36,006 bases of DNA from an uncultured Isosphaeraceae bacterium (GTDB taxonomy: Bacteria > Planctomycetota > Phycisphaerae > Phycisphaerales > SM1A02): positions 1 to 36,006 of the forward strand of contig CAZQUA010000001.1 of assembly GCA_964596455.1 (NCBI GenBank). Direction: 5' to 3'. Shown here piece by piece: positions 26,012-34,089 of the stretch (its first letter is position 1; each line of letters begins with the position of its first letter). The notes under the pieces are model-generated. The model searched no databases. It saw nothing but the letters and a program-made list of their open reading frames with translations, and had not been told where the DNA came from. The position numbers were made by a program, and so were the translations under genes.

Positions 26012-26496
26012 GGCATCGCCCCCGACTCGAGGCGGATCGCGGCGACCTTGTAGACCCACGCCAACGCCAGCAGGACCACCACCGCCCACACCGTCCGGCC
26101 GCCGAGGAAGGGGCCGAGCAGCTGGTAGGACCGCGAGGCGGTCGCCGCGGTGAAGGCCGCCACCACGACCGCCGCCGCCGCCGCGATCGCCAGCACCGCC
26201 CCCATCGGCTGCGCCTGGAACGAGGCGATGAAGTCGCCCCGCACCGCGAGGGAGAACGCGGTGGTCATGCCGCAACTCGGGCAGGGAAGGTTCATGCCGC
26301 TCATCCACCCGCAGGCGGGCAGGCCGAGCTGCTGGTGGGTTCCCACGCCCGCCGTGTCCGGCTCGAGCCGCCAGGCCACCGCGAGCGGCGTCGCCGCCGC
26401 CGCCGCCACCGCCGCCGCCAGCAGTCGCTCCCGCCCCGAGAGCCGAGGGTCGTCGGCCCGGTGCGGGGTCCCGGGAGTCGAAGCGGCGGAGGCCAT
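26008..26496 (-). CDS. DUF2752-like small membrane protein
   Basis: GLPACGWMSGMNLPCPSCGMTTAFSLAVRGDFIASFQAQPMG matches the DUF2752 signature (C-P-x-C-G-x-T-R/T…G), followed by two hydrophobic helices. Confidence 0.65.
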   Translation of the reverse strand: MASAASTPGTPHRADDPRLSGRERLLAAAVAAAAATPLAVAWRLEPDTAGVGTHQQLGLPACGWMSGMNLPCPSCGMTTAFSLAVRGDFIASFQAQPMGAVLAIAAAAAVVVAAFTAATASRSYQLLGPFLGGRTVWAVVVLLALAWVYKVAAIRLESGAMP

Positions 26497-26594
26497 GGAT
26501 CCGGGAGGGTACTTCCGCCCCGGCGCTGCGGCAACGATTCGCCGCGGAGATCGCCTTGCGGCGGACGCCTCCGCAGCGACGATACTCCGTGCCT

Positions 26595-26629
26595 CCGCCC
26601 TCCGCCCGCCGCCCGCCGCCCGCCGCCCG
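26595..26629 (+). repeat. Heptanucleotide microsatellite: four perfect CCGCCCG units plus one variant
   Basis: CCGCCCT (26595-26601) is followed by four perfect CCGCCCG units (26602-26629). The array ends 4 nt before the dipeptidase ATG. Confidence 0.8.
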
Positions 26630-26633
26630 CACG

Positions 26634-27689
26634 ATGCCCCTCTCCAGTCCCGCCGACGACTCGCCCGCCGGACGCAGCGGCGATCCGCCCTGGCTCGACG
26701 CCCACCTCGACCTGGCCTATCTCGCGGCGGAGGGCCGCGATCTCGACCGCTGCCAGACGCCCGAATCGGGCGCCTGCGTCAGTTGGCCGGATCTCGCCGA
26801 GGCGCCGGTCTCGATTTGCCTCGGCACGATCTTCGTCGATCCGATCGATCCCTCCTCGCCGGCCGGAGGCGTGGACGAAGCGGAGAAGGCGGGGCTGCGG
26901 CAGATCGAGTGGTACGAGTCGCAGGAGCGCCGCGGCCGGATCCGGCTCGTGCGGACCGCCGAGGACCTCGACGATCGTCCTGAGGACGCCGACGCCCGGG
27001 TGCGGGTGGTGCTGCTCATGGAGGGCGCCGAGCCGATCCGGGACCCCGCCGCCGCAGCGTGGTGGTTCGCGGCCGGCGTCCGTGCGGTCGGCCTGACCTG
27101 GGCGAGAGGCTCCCGCTACGCCGGCGGCAACGCCTCCGGCGGCGGCCTCACCTCCGCGGGCCGCGAGCTGGTCGCCGCCCTCGACGAGCTCGGCATCCTC
27201 CACGACGCCTCGCATCTCTCCGACGAGGCGTTCGCGGATCTTCTCGACGCCACGCCTCGCCGGATCGTCGCGACGCACTCGAACCTGCGGCGGCTGGTGC
27301 GGCCCGAGGCGCGGCATCTCTCCGACGAGCAGGTCGCGGCGATCGCATCCCGCGACGGCGCCATCGGCCTCAACCTCTACGGACGCTTCCTCTGCGAAGG
27401 GCGAAGGGCGCGTCTCGACGACTGCCTCGGGCATCTCGAGGCGATCGCGGCGATCGCGGGCCGCCATCGGGTCGGCCTCGGTTCGGATCTCGACGGCGGC
27501 TTCACCACGCGGGACCTGCCGGAGGGACTCGAGCATCCCCGCCGCCTTCGTCGCCTCGACGAAGGCCTCGCCGCGGCGGGCTGGAGCGGCCCGGAGCGGG
27601 AGGGCTTCCGGATCGGGAACTGGCGGCGGGTGCTTCGCGACGCGCTGCCGACGCCTACGCCGGCTCGCTCCGCCGCGCCGCGGGATTGA
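26634..27689 (+). CDS. M19-family membrane dipeptidase (renal dipeptidase-like)
   Basis: N-terminal LDAHLDLA (HxD metal motif), GVRAVGLTWA, ILHDASHLSD, VATHSN and GLGSDLDGGF are M19 hallmarks. ATG at 26634. Confidence 0.85.
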   Translation: MPLSSPADDSPAGRSGDPPWLDAHLDLAYLAAEGRDLDRCQTPESGACVSWPDLAEAPVSICLGTIFVDPIDPSSPAGGVDEAEKAGLRQIEWYESQERRGRIRLVRTAEDLDDRPEDADARVRVVLLMEGAEPIRDPAAAAWWFAAGVRAVGLTWARGSRYAGGNASGGGLTSAGRELVAALDELGILHDASHLSDEAFADLLDATPRRIVATHSNLRRLVRPEARHLSDEQVAAIASRDGAIGLNLYGRFLCEGRRARLDDCLGHLEAIAAIAGRHRVGLGSDLDGGFTTRDLPEGLEHPRRLRRLDEGLAAAGWSGPEREGFRIGNWRRVLRDALPTPTPARSAAPRD

Positions 27690-29148
27690 GCGGCAGGCGA
27701 AGCCAGCCCGCCCCGCCGGCCATCTCCACGCAGAGCAGCAGATGCACCCGCAGGCGGCTCGTGGCGAGCGACGCCGCGGCCTCGGGGCGATCGGTGACGA
27801 GATCGATCGCGAGCTCGTGGTCCTCGATGCGGTCGATGCCGGGGCAAGCGAGGCGAAGCAGGTCCGCGTGGTCCCGCACCCATCCCGCCACCGCCTGCAC
27901 CTCCTCGAGCGAGGCGAGCGGCGCGAGCAGATGCAGGCCGCCCGCCGCATCCACCGCCAGCTCCACCGCGGGGTGGTAGGGGCACTGCACCGGCAGCGGG
28001 CGGAGATGGGGGAACCGAACCGCGAGCGGCCGCGGGAAGGCCGCGCCCCGCACCAGATGCAGATCGCCGTTCGCCCGCGACTCGCCGCCGAAGGGATCGC
28101 TCGGACGCGGCGGCAGCTGCCCCGGCTCCGCCGGCGACGGCGCGGATGCCGCGGGCACGACGGGAGCCTCCGCGTTCGAGGCCGAGTAGGAGGACCACGC
28201 GGCGGCGCGGCCCCCGACGAGGCGGCGGATCGCCTCGAGGTCGCCCCGCACCGGAGGCAGCGGAGGCAGCGGCGCCGCCGCGGGAGCCTCGCCCCGGGGC
28301 TCGCCCTCGGAGGCCTGCGGCTTCGACGCGAACGGCCACGCGGACTGGATCGCCTCGGGCAGGGGCTCGATCGCGGGGGGATCGCTCGGCATCGCCTCCG
28401 ACGACGCGGGGGCGGGGCGACGCCGCAGGAGATCCTCGAGCAGGCGAGGGATGTCCTGGAAGGTGAGCGCCCGCGGCGCCGGCAGCGTGAGGCGGTAGCT
28501 CGACTGCACCGGCTCCATGCGCTGCATCGCCATCGCCAGCGGCAGCTCCATGCCCAGGAACGCCGAGGCGGTGCGGTTGAGCTTCGCCATGGCCTCGCCG
28601 ACCTTCGCCTCCGACGCGCCGAGGACCGCCACCTGCATCCGCGGCAGCGGCAGGCCCTCGACCATGGCGTCCTCCGCGATCGCCTTGAGCATCCGATAGG
28701 CGCCGACCACCGCCGCCTCGTCGGCGCCGGTCAGCACCAGCAGCGACCTCGTGCCGCTCCGCAGCACCTCCGAGGGAGCCGCGGACGCCTCCGGCACGAC
28801 GATCCATCGCCGCGCCAGCCGCACCGCGGCCTCGAGGGCCTGCTCGAGATCGAGCGCTTCGGCGATGCTGCTCCCAAGGCCCGCCCGCAGCACCTCCACC
28901 TGCACCTGCCCGGCGACGAAGCGGACCACGCCCACCGCCCCCTCGTCCCGGGCGAGACGATCGGCGAGTTGGGTGATCCAGAGTCCGGCCGAGACCGGCA
29001 GATGCCCCACCATCGCCACCCGCACCGCCTCGCCGGCGGCCGCGTCGGTGGCGCGAGGCGAGGCGGGCGACGCCGACTCCTCCGCCTCGAACTCCGGCGA
29101 GAGGAAGAGGTCGGCCAGATCGTCGAAGGGATCCCGCGGTCGATCCAT
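27655..29148 (-). CDS. Hypothetical protein with an N-terminal region resembling a P-loop-less ParA/MinD fold; putative partner of the upstream ParA-CBM48 ATPase
   Basis: The start lies 4 nt after the ParA-like stop. Residues ~40-215 keep the beta-alpha rhythm of ParA/MinD (VRVAMVGHLPVSAGLWITQLADRLA…RRWIVVPEAS…LLVLTGADEAAVVGAYRMLKAI…MQVAVLGASEAKVGEAMAKLNRTASAFLGMEL). KGGxGKT is replaced by GHLPVSAG and the Walker B Asp is absent. A Pro/Ala-rich linker and a distinct C-terminal domain follow. Confidence 0.6.
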   Translation of the reverse strand: MDRPRDPFDDLADLFLSPEFEAEESASPASPRATDAAAGEAVRVAMVGHLPVSAGLWITQLADRLARDEGAVGVVRFVAGQVQVEVLRAGLGSSIAEALDLEQALEAAVRLARRWIVVPEASAAPSEVLRSGTRSLLVLTGADEAAVVGAYRMLKAIAEDAMVEGLPLPRMQVAVLGASEAKVGEAMAKLNRTASAFLGMELPLAMAMQRMEPVQSSYRLTLPAPRALTFQDIPRLLEDLLRRRPAPASSEAMPSDPPAIEPLPEAIQSAWPFASKPQASEGEPRGEAPAAAPLPPLPPVRGDLEAIRRLVGGRAAAWSSYSASNAEAPVVPAASAPSPAEPGQLPPRPSDPFGGESRANGDLHLVRGAAFPRPLAVRFPHLRPLPVQCPYHPAVELAVDAAGGLHLLAPLASLEEVQAVAGWVRDHADLLRLACPGIDRIEDHELAIDLVTDRPEAAASLATSRLRVHLLLCVEMAGGAGWLRLPLNPAARRSEPA

Positions 29149-29152
29149 GGCG

Positions 29153-30547
29153 TCAGCGTCCCGGCACGATCAGCAGGTTGGTGGTGCCGAGCGGATCCAC
29201 GGATCCTTCGGCGGCGACGGCCTCGGTGCCCCCGACGGCCCGGCGTTCGATCCGCTCGAGATTGAACGGATCGGGCGATGCCACGCCGTCGATGAGCAGC
29301 TGGTACTCGTAGCGACCCGGCGGCAGCGGCACGGTGAGCTCGAAGAGATCCCCCGCCTCCCGACGCATCTGGAAGACCTGCCACCCCCCGCCGAAGGCGT
29401 GCCCGAAGTCGCCGCGGATGGCCATCTCCGCCGCGCCCGCGGCAGGCTGGGCGAAGCGGACTCCCTCGGGACCGAAGCTGACGCCCATGGGCCGTTCGGT
29501 CCGCGATCGGACGGCGGTGGCGACGCTCTCGGAGTCGCCGGAGCCCGCCTGCGGCCATGCCTCCGCCCCGCTGCCGGCGGCGTCGCCGCGGATCGCCGCG
29601 AGGGGATCCTCGGGAGCCCCGCCCCGCTTCATCCGCCGCACGAGCTCCGCGGCGCGGTCGCCATCGCGGCCGCCGCCGCCCTCCGCCGGCTCGGCCGGGC
29701 CGCGGTCGCCGCGGTCGCCGAGCATGGTCGAGACCGCGCGGCGATCCACCTCGACCGAGGGCGGCTCGGGGCGGGGGCCCGATGCGAGCATCCACTCCGC
29801 GAGGGCCTCGAAGTCGCGGACCGCCTCGCTCTGCGGCGCGAACTCCCGCACCGGCTGCCCGAGGCCCGCGGCTTCCCGCAGCACCTCGTGCTCATGGATG
29901 CGGTGGGGAATCAGGGCGTCGGCGAACCGCTCCTCGAGCGCCGCCAGCACGTCCCTCGCGACCTTGCGGTCGGGATCGTGCAGCGTCGCGAGCAGGCGAA
30001 CGGGGATCACCCGCCCGAGACGCTCGGACACCTTGCGGATCGTCGCCCACTGCCGCTCGGCGCCTCGGAGCGAGAAGAAGCCGGTCTCGACCGGCACGAG
30101 GGCCTCGTCGGCGGCCCGCAGGGCATTGAAGGTGAGCAGGCCGATCGTGGGCGGACAGTCCACGAGGCAGAACTCGAAGCGGCTGTCGAGCCGCCGCAGC
30201 AGCTTGGCGAGGCGGCGGTCCCGATCCGGGAGCGACGCGGCCGGCCCGTTGGGGGCTTCCAGCGCCGCCAATCCCACCCCCGATGGGGCGAGGTAGAGGT
30301 TCCTTGCCACCTCCCACAGGATCGACGCCGGGTCCGGTCCCCGCTCGAGATCCTGCAGCAGCGCGTCGAGCACGGATCGCTCGATCCGCTCCTCGGGCAC
30401 GCCAAGGCCCGCGGCGCAGTGCCCCTGCGGATCCATGTCCACCAGCAGCGTGCGGTGGCCCCGCAGGGCCAGCTCCGCAGCGAGGTTGATGGCGGTGGTG
30501 GTCTTGCCGCATCCCCCCTTCTGGTTCACGACGGCGATCGTTCGCAT
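29153..30547 (-). CDS. ParA/MinD-family deviant Walker-A ATPase fused to a C-terminal CBM48 / AMPK-beta glycogen-binding-like domain
   Basis: N-terminus MRTIAVVNQKGGCGKTTTAINLAAELALRGHRTLLVDMDPQGH…FCLVDCPP is a canonical ParA/Soj. After a ~90 aa Gly/Arg/Asp-rich linker, the C-terminus VRFAQPAAGAAEMAIRGDFGHAFGGGWQVFQMRREAGDLFELTVPLPPGRYEYQLLIDGVASPDPFN follows the CBM48 consensus (V-F…V-V-GSFN-W…M…F-L-L-PG-Y-YKF-VDG-W-DP-N). Confidence 0.85.
   Translation of the reverse strand: MRTIAVVNQKGGCGKTTTAINLAAELALRGHRTLLVDMDPQGHCAAGLGVPEERIERSVLDALLQDLERGPDPASILWEVARNLYLAPSGVGLAALEAPNGPAASLPDRDRRLAKLLRRLDSRFEFCLVDCPPTIGLLTFNALRAADEALVPVETGFFSLRGAERQWATIRKVSERLGRVIPVRLLATLHDPDRKVARDVLAALEERFADALIPHRIHEHEVLREAAGLGQPVREFAPQSEAVRDFEALAEWMLASGPRPEPPSVEVDRRAVSTMLGDRGDRGPAEPAEGGGGRDGDRAAELVRRMKRGGAPEDPLAAIRGDAAGSGAEAWPQAGSGDSESVATAVRSRTERPMGVSFGPEGVRFAQPAAGAAEMAIRGDFGHAFGGGWQVFQMRREAGDLFELTVPLPPGRYEYQLLIDGVASPDPFNLERIERRAVGGTEAVAAEGSVDPLGTTNLLIVPGR
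29156..29488 (-). other. CBM48/AMPK1_CBM-like beta-sandwich domain portion of the ParA-like protein
   Basis: This is the last 111 residues, from MGVSFGPEGVRF to the end. The PGRYEYQLLIDG…DPFN core motif was recognised by eye. Confidence 0.65.
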
Positions 30548-30613
30548 GCGTCACCCCTGCGCCGAATCCGGCCGGGCGGAGCAGACGGACCGCCGCGGAC
30601 CCGCGACCTGAGA

Positions 30614-30632
30614 CGATCCGGTTATCGGATCG
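30614..30632 (-). promoter_or_regulatory. Palindrome CGATCCG-GTTAT-CGGATCG upstream of the ParA-CBM48 gene
   Basis: 7-bp perfect arms with a 5-bp AT-rich spacer, 67-85 nt upstream of the ParA-like ATG, in the 135-bp gap after aroB. Confidence 0.3.
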
Positions 30633-30682
30633 GTCCGAGAACGGACTGCAGCGGCGGCGAAACTTTTGCGCGTCGCCTCCCC

Positions 30683-31843
30683 TCAGCACCGGATCCCGAT
30701 CGCCCGCCATCCCGCCGCCACCACCGCCTCGGGAGGATCGGCGAGCACCTCGGGGCGGCCCCATCCCCGCAGCAGCACCAGGGCGAGGCGGCCGCGGGAC
30801 CGCTTCTTGTCGAGCCGCATCAGGGACCGCAGCCGCGACCCGTCCGCCGCCTCGCCGGGCCACGCCGTGGGAAGGCCCAGCCGATCGAGCATCGCCGCGA
30901 CTCGCGGCGGCGCCGCCGGATCGAGCCAGCCCGCCTCGACCGACGCCGCGGCCGCCGCGACGAGGCCGAGCGACACCGCCTCGCCATGCCGCCAGGGGAC
31001 CTGCGGCAGCGACTCGATCGCGTGGGCGTAGGTGTGCCCGAGGTTGAGGTGCCGCCGCGAGCCCCGCTCGAGGGGATCCTCGGCGACGATCCTCGACTTG
31101 ACCGCGATGCTCCTCGCAAGCAGGCGATCGAGGCAGCCGTCGTCGCCCTCCGCGGGCGTGCCCGCAAGCGCCGCGAGGGACCCCGCATGGGCCTCGAGGA
31201 ACGCCAGCGATTCCTCCCCGTCGAGCATGGCGTGCTTCACGCACTCGGCGAGGCCCGCCCGGAACTCCCGCGGCGGCAGCGTCGCCAGCGACCTCGGATC
31301 GCCCAGGACCAGGCGGGCCGGATGGAAGCTGCCCACGAGATTGCGGCCGAGCGATCCGTCGGCGAGGCGATGGTTGATCGCGGTCTTGCCGCCGATCGAG
31401 GCGTCCACCATGGCCATCAGGGTCGTGGGCACGAGCACCAGCGGCACCCCCCGAAGCAGCACCGAGGCGGCGAAGGCCGCGAGATCGCCGACGCAGCCGC
31501 CGCCGACGGCGACCAGCGGCGTGTCGCGGCCGATCCCCCACTCGATCGCCTCGGCGACGATCCGATCGACCGACGCCTGCACCTTGTTCGATTCGCCGGC
31601 GGGTACGTCGATCCGCCGCCACCCGAGGCCCGCCTCCCCCAGCGACCGCTCGACCTCCGCGATGGCCGCCTCCGCCCCGGGATCGCACACGAGCAGCAGG
31701 CGTCCCTCCGCCGCGAGTCCGGCCGCGGCGAGGCGATCGGCGATCGCGGAAAGTTCGCCGCGGCCGCAGCGGATCTCGCAGGTCGCCGCCTCCGGCGACG
31801 GCCACTCGAGGCGGCGATGCAGCGTCTCGGGCCGGGCGTTCAT
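30683..31843 (-). CDS. aroB: 3-dehydroquinate synthase
   Basis: GESNK, VAVGGGCVGDLAAFAAS, VPTTLMAMVDASIGGKTAIN, LNLGHTYAHAIE and HGEAVSLG. The ATG at 31843 overlaps the upstream stop (ATGA). Confidence 0.9.
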   Translation of the reverse strand: MNARPETLHRRLEWPSPEAATCEIRCGRGELSAIADRLAAAGLAAEGRLLLVCDPGAEAAIAEVERSLGEAGLGWRRIDVPAGESNKVQASVDRIVAEAIEWGIGRDTPLVAVGGGCVGDLAAFAASVLLRGVPLVLVPTTLMAMVDASIGGKTAINHRLADGSLGRNLVGSFHPARLVLGDPRSLATLPPREFRAGLAECVKHAMLDGEESLAFLEAHAGSLAALAGTPAEGDDGCLDRLLARSIAVKSRIVAEDPLERGSRRHLNLGHTYAHAIESLPQVPWRHGEAVSLGLVAAAAASVEAGWLDPAAPPRVAAMLDRLGLPTAWPGEAADGSRLRSLMRLDKKRSRGRLALVLLRGWGRPEVLADPPEAVVAAGWRAIGIRC

Positions 31844-32691
31844 GGACGATCGCCCGCCGCCGACGGCGACGCCTCCTGCCGCAGCACCGCCAGCGCCTCC
31901 GCGGGATCCGTCGGCAGGTCGCCGCGGGGCGGCGGCGTCGCTTCGTCCGATGGCGTGGATCGGGGCGACGCTCCCCCGCTCCGCCCGCCGCGGCCGAGCC
32001 GCCGCAGCCAGACCACCAGGGCCAGCATTCCCATCACCACCGCCGGCAGCAGCCACTCCGGCGAGGCCGCCATCGCGGGATCCTGCGGGGGCATCGCCAC
32101 GCCCACGAACGTGTGCCACCGCCGCGCCACGCCATCGCGAGACCGCTCCTCGGTGACCCGAAGGAAGCGGCCGACCACCTCGACTTCGCGGGGCCCGCGT
32201 CCGGCGGCGGACGGCGGCGGATCGACCACCCAGCACTGCACCGTCGGAGGCGATGGATCTTCCCCGGGAACCGCCTCGAGACGAACGAACCACTCGGCGA
32301 GGCGGGGCGGCGACTCGTCGCCGCGGATCGTCGGCCACTCGAAGGCGGTCTCCTGCTCGAGGCGGCCGCGAAGGCGCACGAGGCTGCCCCGATGGGGATC
32401 CGGTTCGAGCAGCCAGCCGCCCCAGTCGGGACGCCGCACCGTCGGAGCCGCATCGATGGCCGCCCGCAGCGAATCGGGATCGGTCGGCCACGCCCTCGCG
32501 CCCTCGAGCAGGCGATGCCACGCCTCGTCGCGGCGGTCGAGTCCGTCGCTCGCCGCCGCCAAGGCCGCGAGCGCCTCCGAGTCGAGCGGGGGGATCGCCG
32601 CCGCCTGCAGCCGCCCCGCCGCCGGGGAGCCGGCGAGGCCGCAACCGAGGAGCAACGCGGCAAGGACGCGATGGAGCGGATCCCGTCCCAT
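31840..32691 (-). CDS. Hypothetical envelope protein (lipobox-like N-terminus, C-terminal transmembrane helix)
   Basis: MGRDPLHRVLAALLLGCGLAG signal/lipobox and C-terminal WLLPAVVMGMLALVVWLRR. An alternative ATG lies at 32745. I recognised no family. Confidence 0.5.
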   Translation of the reverse strand: MGRDPLHRVLAALLLGCGLAGSPAAGRLQAAAIPPLDSEALAALAAASDGLDRRDEAWHRLLEGARAWPTDPDSLRAAIDAAPTVRRPDWGGWLLEPDPHRGSLVRLRGRLEQETAFEWPTIRGDESPPRLAEWFVRLEAVPGEDPSPPTVQCWVVDPPPSAAGRGPREVEVVGRFLRVTEERSRDGVARRWHTFVGVAMPPQDPAMAASPEWLLPAVVMGMLALVVWLRRLGRGGRSGGASPRSTPSDEATPPPRGDLPTDPAEALAVLRQEASPSAAGDRP

Positions 32692-32807
32692 GAACGCGGG
32701 ACTGTACGCGACGCTCCGGCGAGATCGCCCCGGTATGGGGAACATACTGAAGGAGCCCCCCTCGGCCGGTCGAAGCATCATCCAACGAGCCCGAAACGGA
32801 GCCCGCG

Positions 32808-33209
32808 ATGAGCCACCGAAACCTCGCCAAGATCGCCACGACCCCGCTGCCCAAGCACCTGCTGCCGCTGGTGGCGGTGGCGGGCGTCCTCGGAGCGGTG
32901 GCGGTGGCGACGCGGCCGCAATCGTCGGTGGCCACGCCGGTGGCGATCGTGGCACCGGCGGCGGAGCCGGCCAACTTCGGCCCGACCGAGCATCCCCACG
33001 AGGTGCTGGCGAGCGTCGAGCTCGCGACGCTGCGGGTGGACTGGATCCGCAACGACTGCCCGCTGCTGCTGGCGGTCTACGACCGCGATGGCCGTGCCAT
33101 CGGCCTCTACGAGCATCTCGAGCACGCCATGGCGTCGCATCCGGAGGTCCACGCGGCCTTCATCCTCGGCGCGTTCGCAGGCTTGCCGCTCGGCGAAGCG
33201 GATCTCTGA
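32808..33209 (+). CDS. Hypothetical small membrane-anchored protein
   Basis: Begins at an ATG and has an N-terminal hydrophobic helix LLPLVAVAGVLGAVAVA. Amino-acid composition is protein-like and wobble positions are GC-rich. No recognisable family. Confidence 0.4.
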   Translation: MSHRNLAKIATTPLPKHLLPLVAVAGVLGAVAVATRPQSSVATPVAIVAPAAEPANFGPTEHPHEVLASVELATLRVDWIRNDCPLLLAVYDRDGRAIGLYEHLEHAMASHPEVHAAFILGAFAGLPLGEADL

Positions 33210-33336
33210 GCCGCGTCGCGGATCGCACCGACGGCGGGGGCGAGGACGCATGGGCCCGCCGAGGCGTGGGCCCCGCGTCCCGGTCACCCCTTCGCGCGGC
33301 GGGAGCGGCCGCCTTCGCCTCTGCTACCGTCCCGCC

Positions 33337-34089
33337 ATGCGGCGACGCTCTCGCGCATCGCAAGGCTTCGAGGCTCCGCTGCGACTGCTGCTGCTCTGCC
33401 CGCTCGACTTCGAACGATCGGTGCTCGAGGGTCTCCGGCATGCGATGCACGGGGTGCAGCTTCCGACCGACGCCGCGATCGAGGTCTGCGGGCCGGGGCG
33501 ATCGGGCGTCGCGGACTGGTTCGCGGATCGCCGGGGCGGCCGCTGCCCCGCACGCCTCGGCATGCTGCTCGTCGGGACCGCCGGCGGACTGCATCCGGAT
33601 CTCGCCGCCGGCACCGCCCTGCTCGCCAAGCGGGTGATCGATGGGTCGCAGCGAGCCTGGACGCCCTCGATCGGCCTCGAGGCGGCGTCGGGAGGCTCGC
33701 CTCGCCGCGCCACGGTCCTCTCGCTCGACGACGCCGTGGTCTCGCCCCAGGAGAAGGCGCGGCTGCACGCATCGAGCGGCGCCGACGCCGTCGATCTCGA
33801 GTCGGCCGCCTTCGCCTCGCAGTGCGAAGACCGGGGCTGGCCCTGGGGAGTCGTGCGGGGCATCTCCGACGCCGCGGCGGACTCGCTTCCGCGTGCGGTC
33901 TCGAGCTGGGTCGATGCCCGCGGGCGTCTTCGGCCGTGGGCGGTCCTCCGCTCGCTGGCGTGCTCCCCTCGCACCGTTGCGGCCCTGCCGCAGCTGCGGC
34001 GCCGCAGCATCGCGTCGCTGCAGGCCGCCGCGAGGATCGTCGCCGAGATCGATGCCGCCGCGGCCTCGACGGCGGAGGCGACCGCATGA
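33337..34089 (+). CDS. PNP_UDP_1-family nucleosidase/phosphorylase-like protein (MTA/SAH nucleosidase or HpnG-like)
   Basis: LLLLCPLDFERSVL, LLVGTAGGLHP, VDLESAAFA and VVRGISDAA parallel the Pfs/MtnN motifs (GAMEEE, GSAGGL, EMEA, R-ISD). ATG at 33337. Confidence 0.55.
   Translation: MRRRSRASQGFEAPLRLLLLCPLDFERSVLEGLRHAMHGVQLPTDAAIEVCGPGRSGVADWFADRRGGRCPARLGMLLVGTAGGLHPDLAAGTALLAKRVIDGSQRAWTPSIGLEAASGGSPRRATVLSLDDAVVSPQEKARLHASSGADAVDLESAAFASQCEDRGWPWGVVRGISDAAADSLPRAVSSWVDARGRLRPWAVLRSLACSPRTVAALPQLRRRSIASLQAAARIVAEIDAAAASTAEATA

Noticed and set aside
28751-33637. Very long plus-strand ORF (1628 aa)
   Set aside because: It has the same R/P/G/A-rich composition. It is antisense to the ParA-like gene, aroB and the neighbouring minus-strand genes, which carry clear family motifs.
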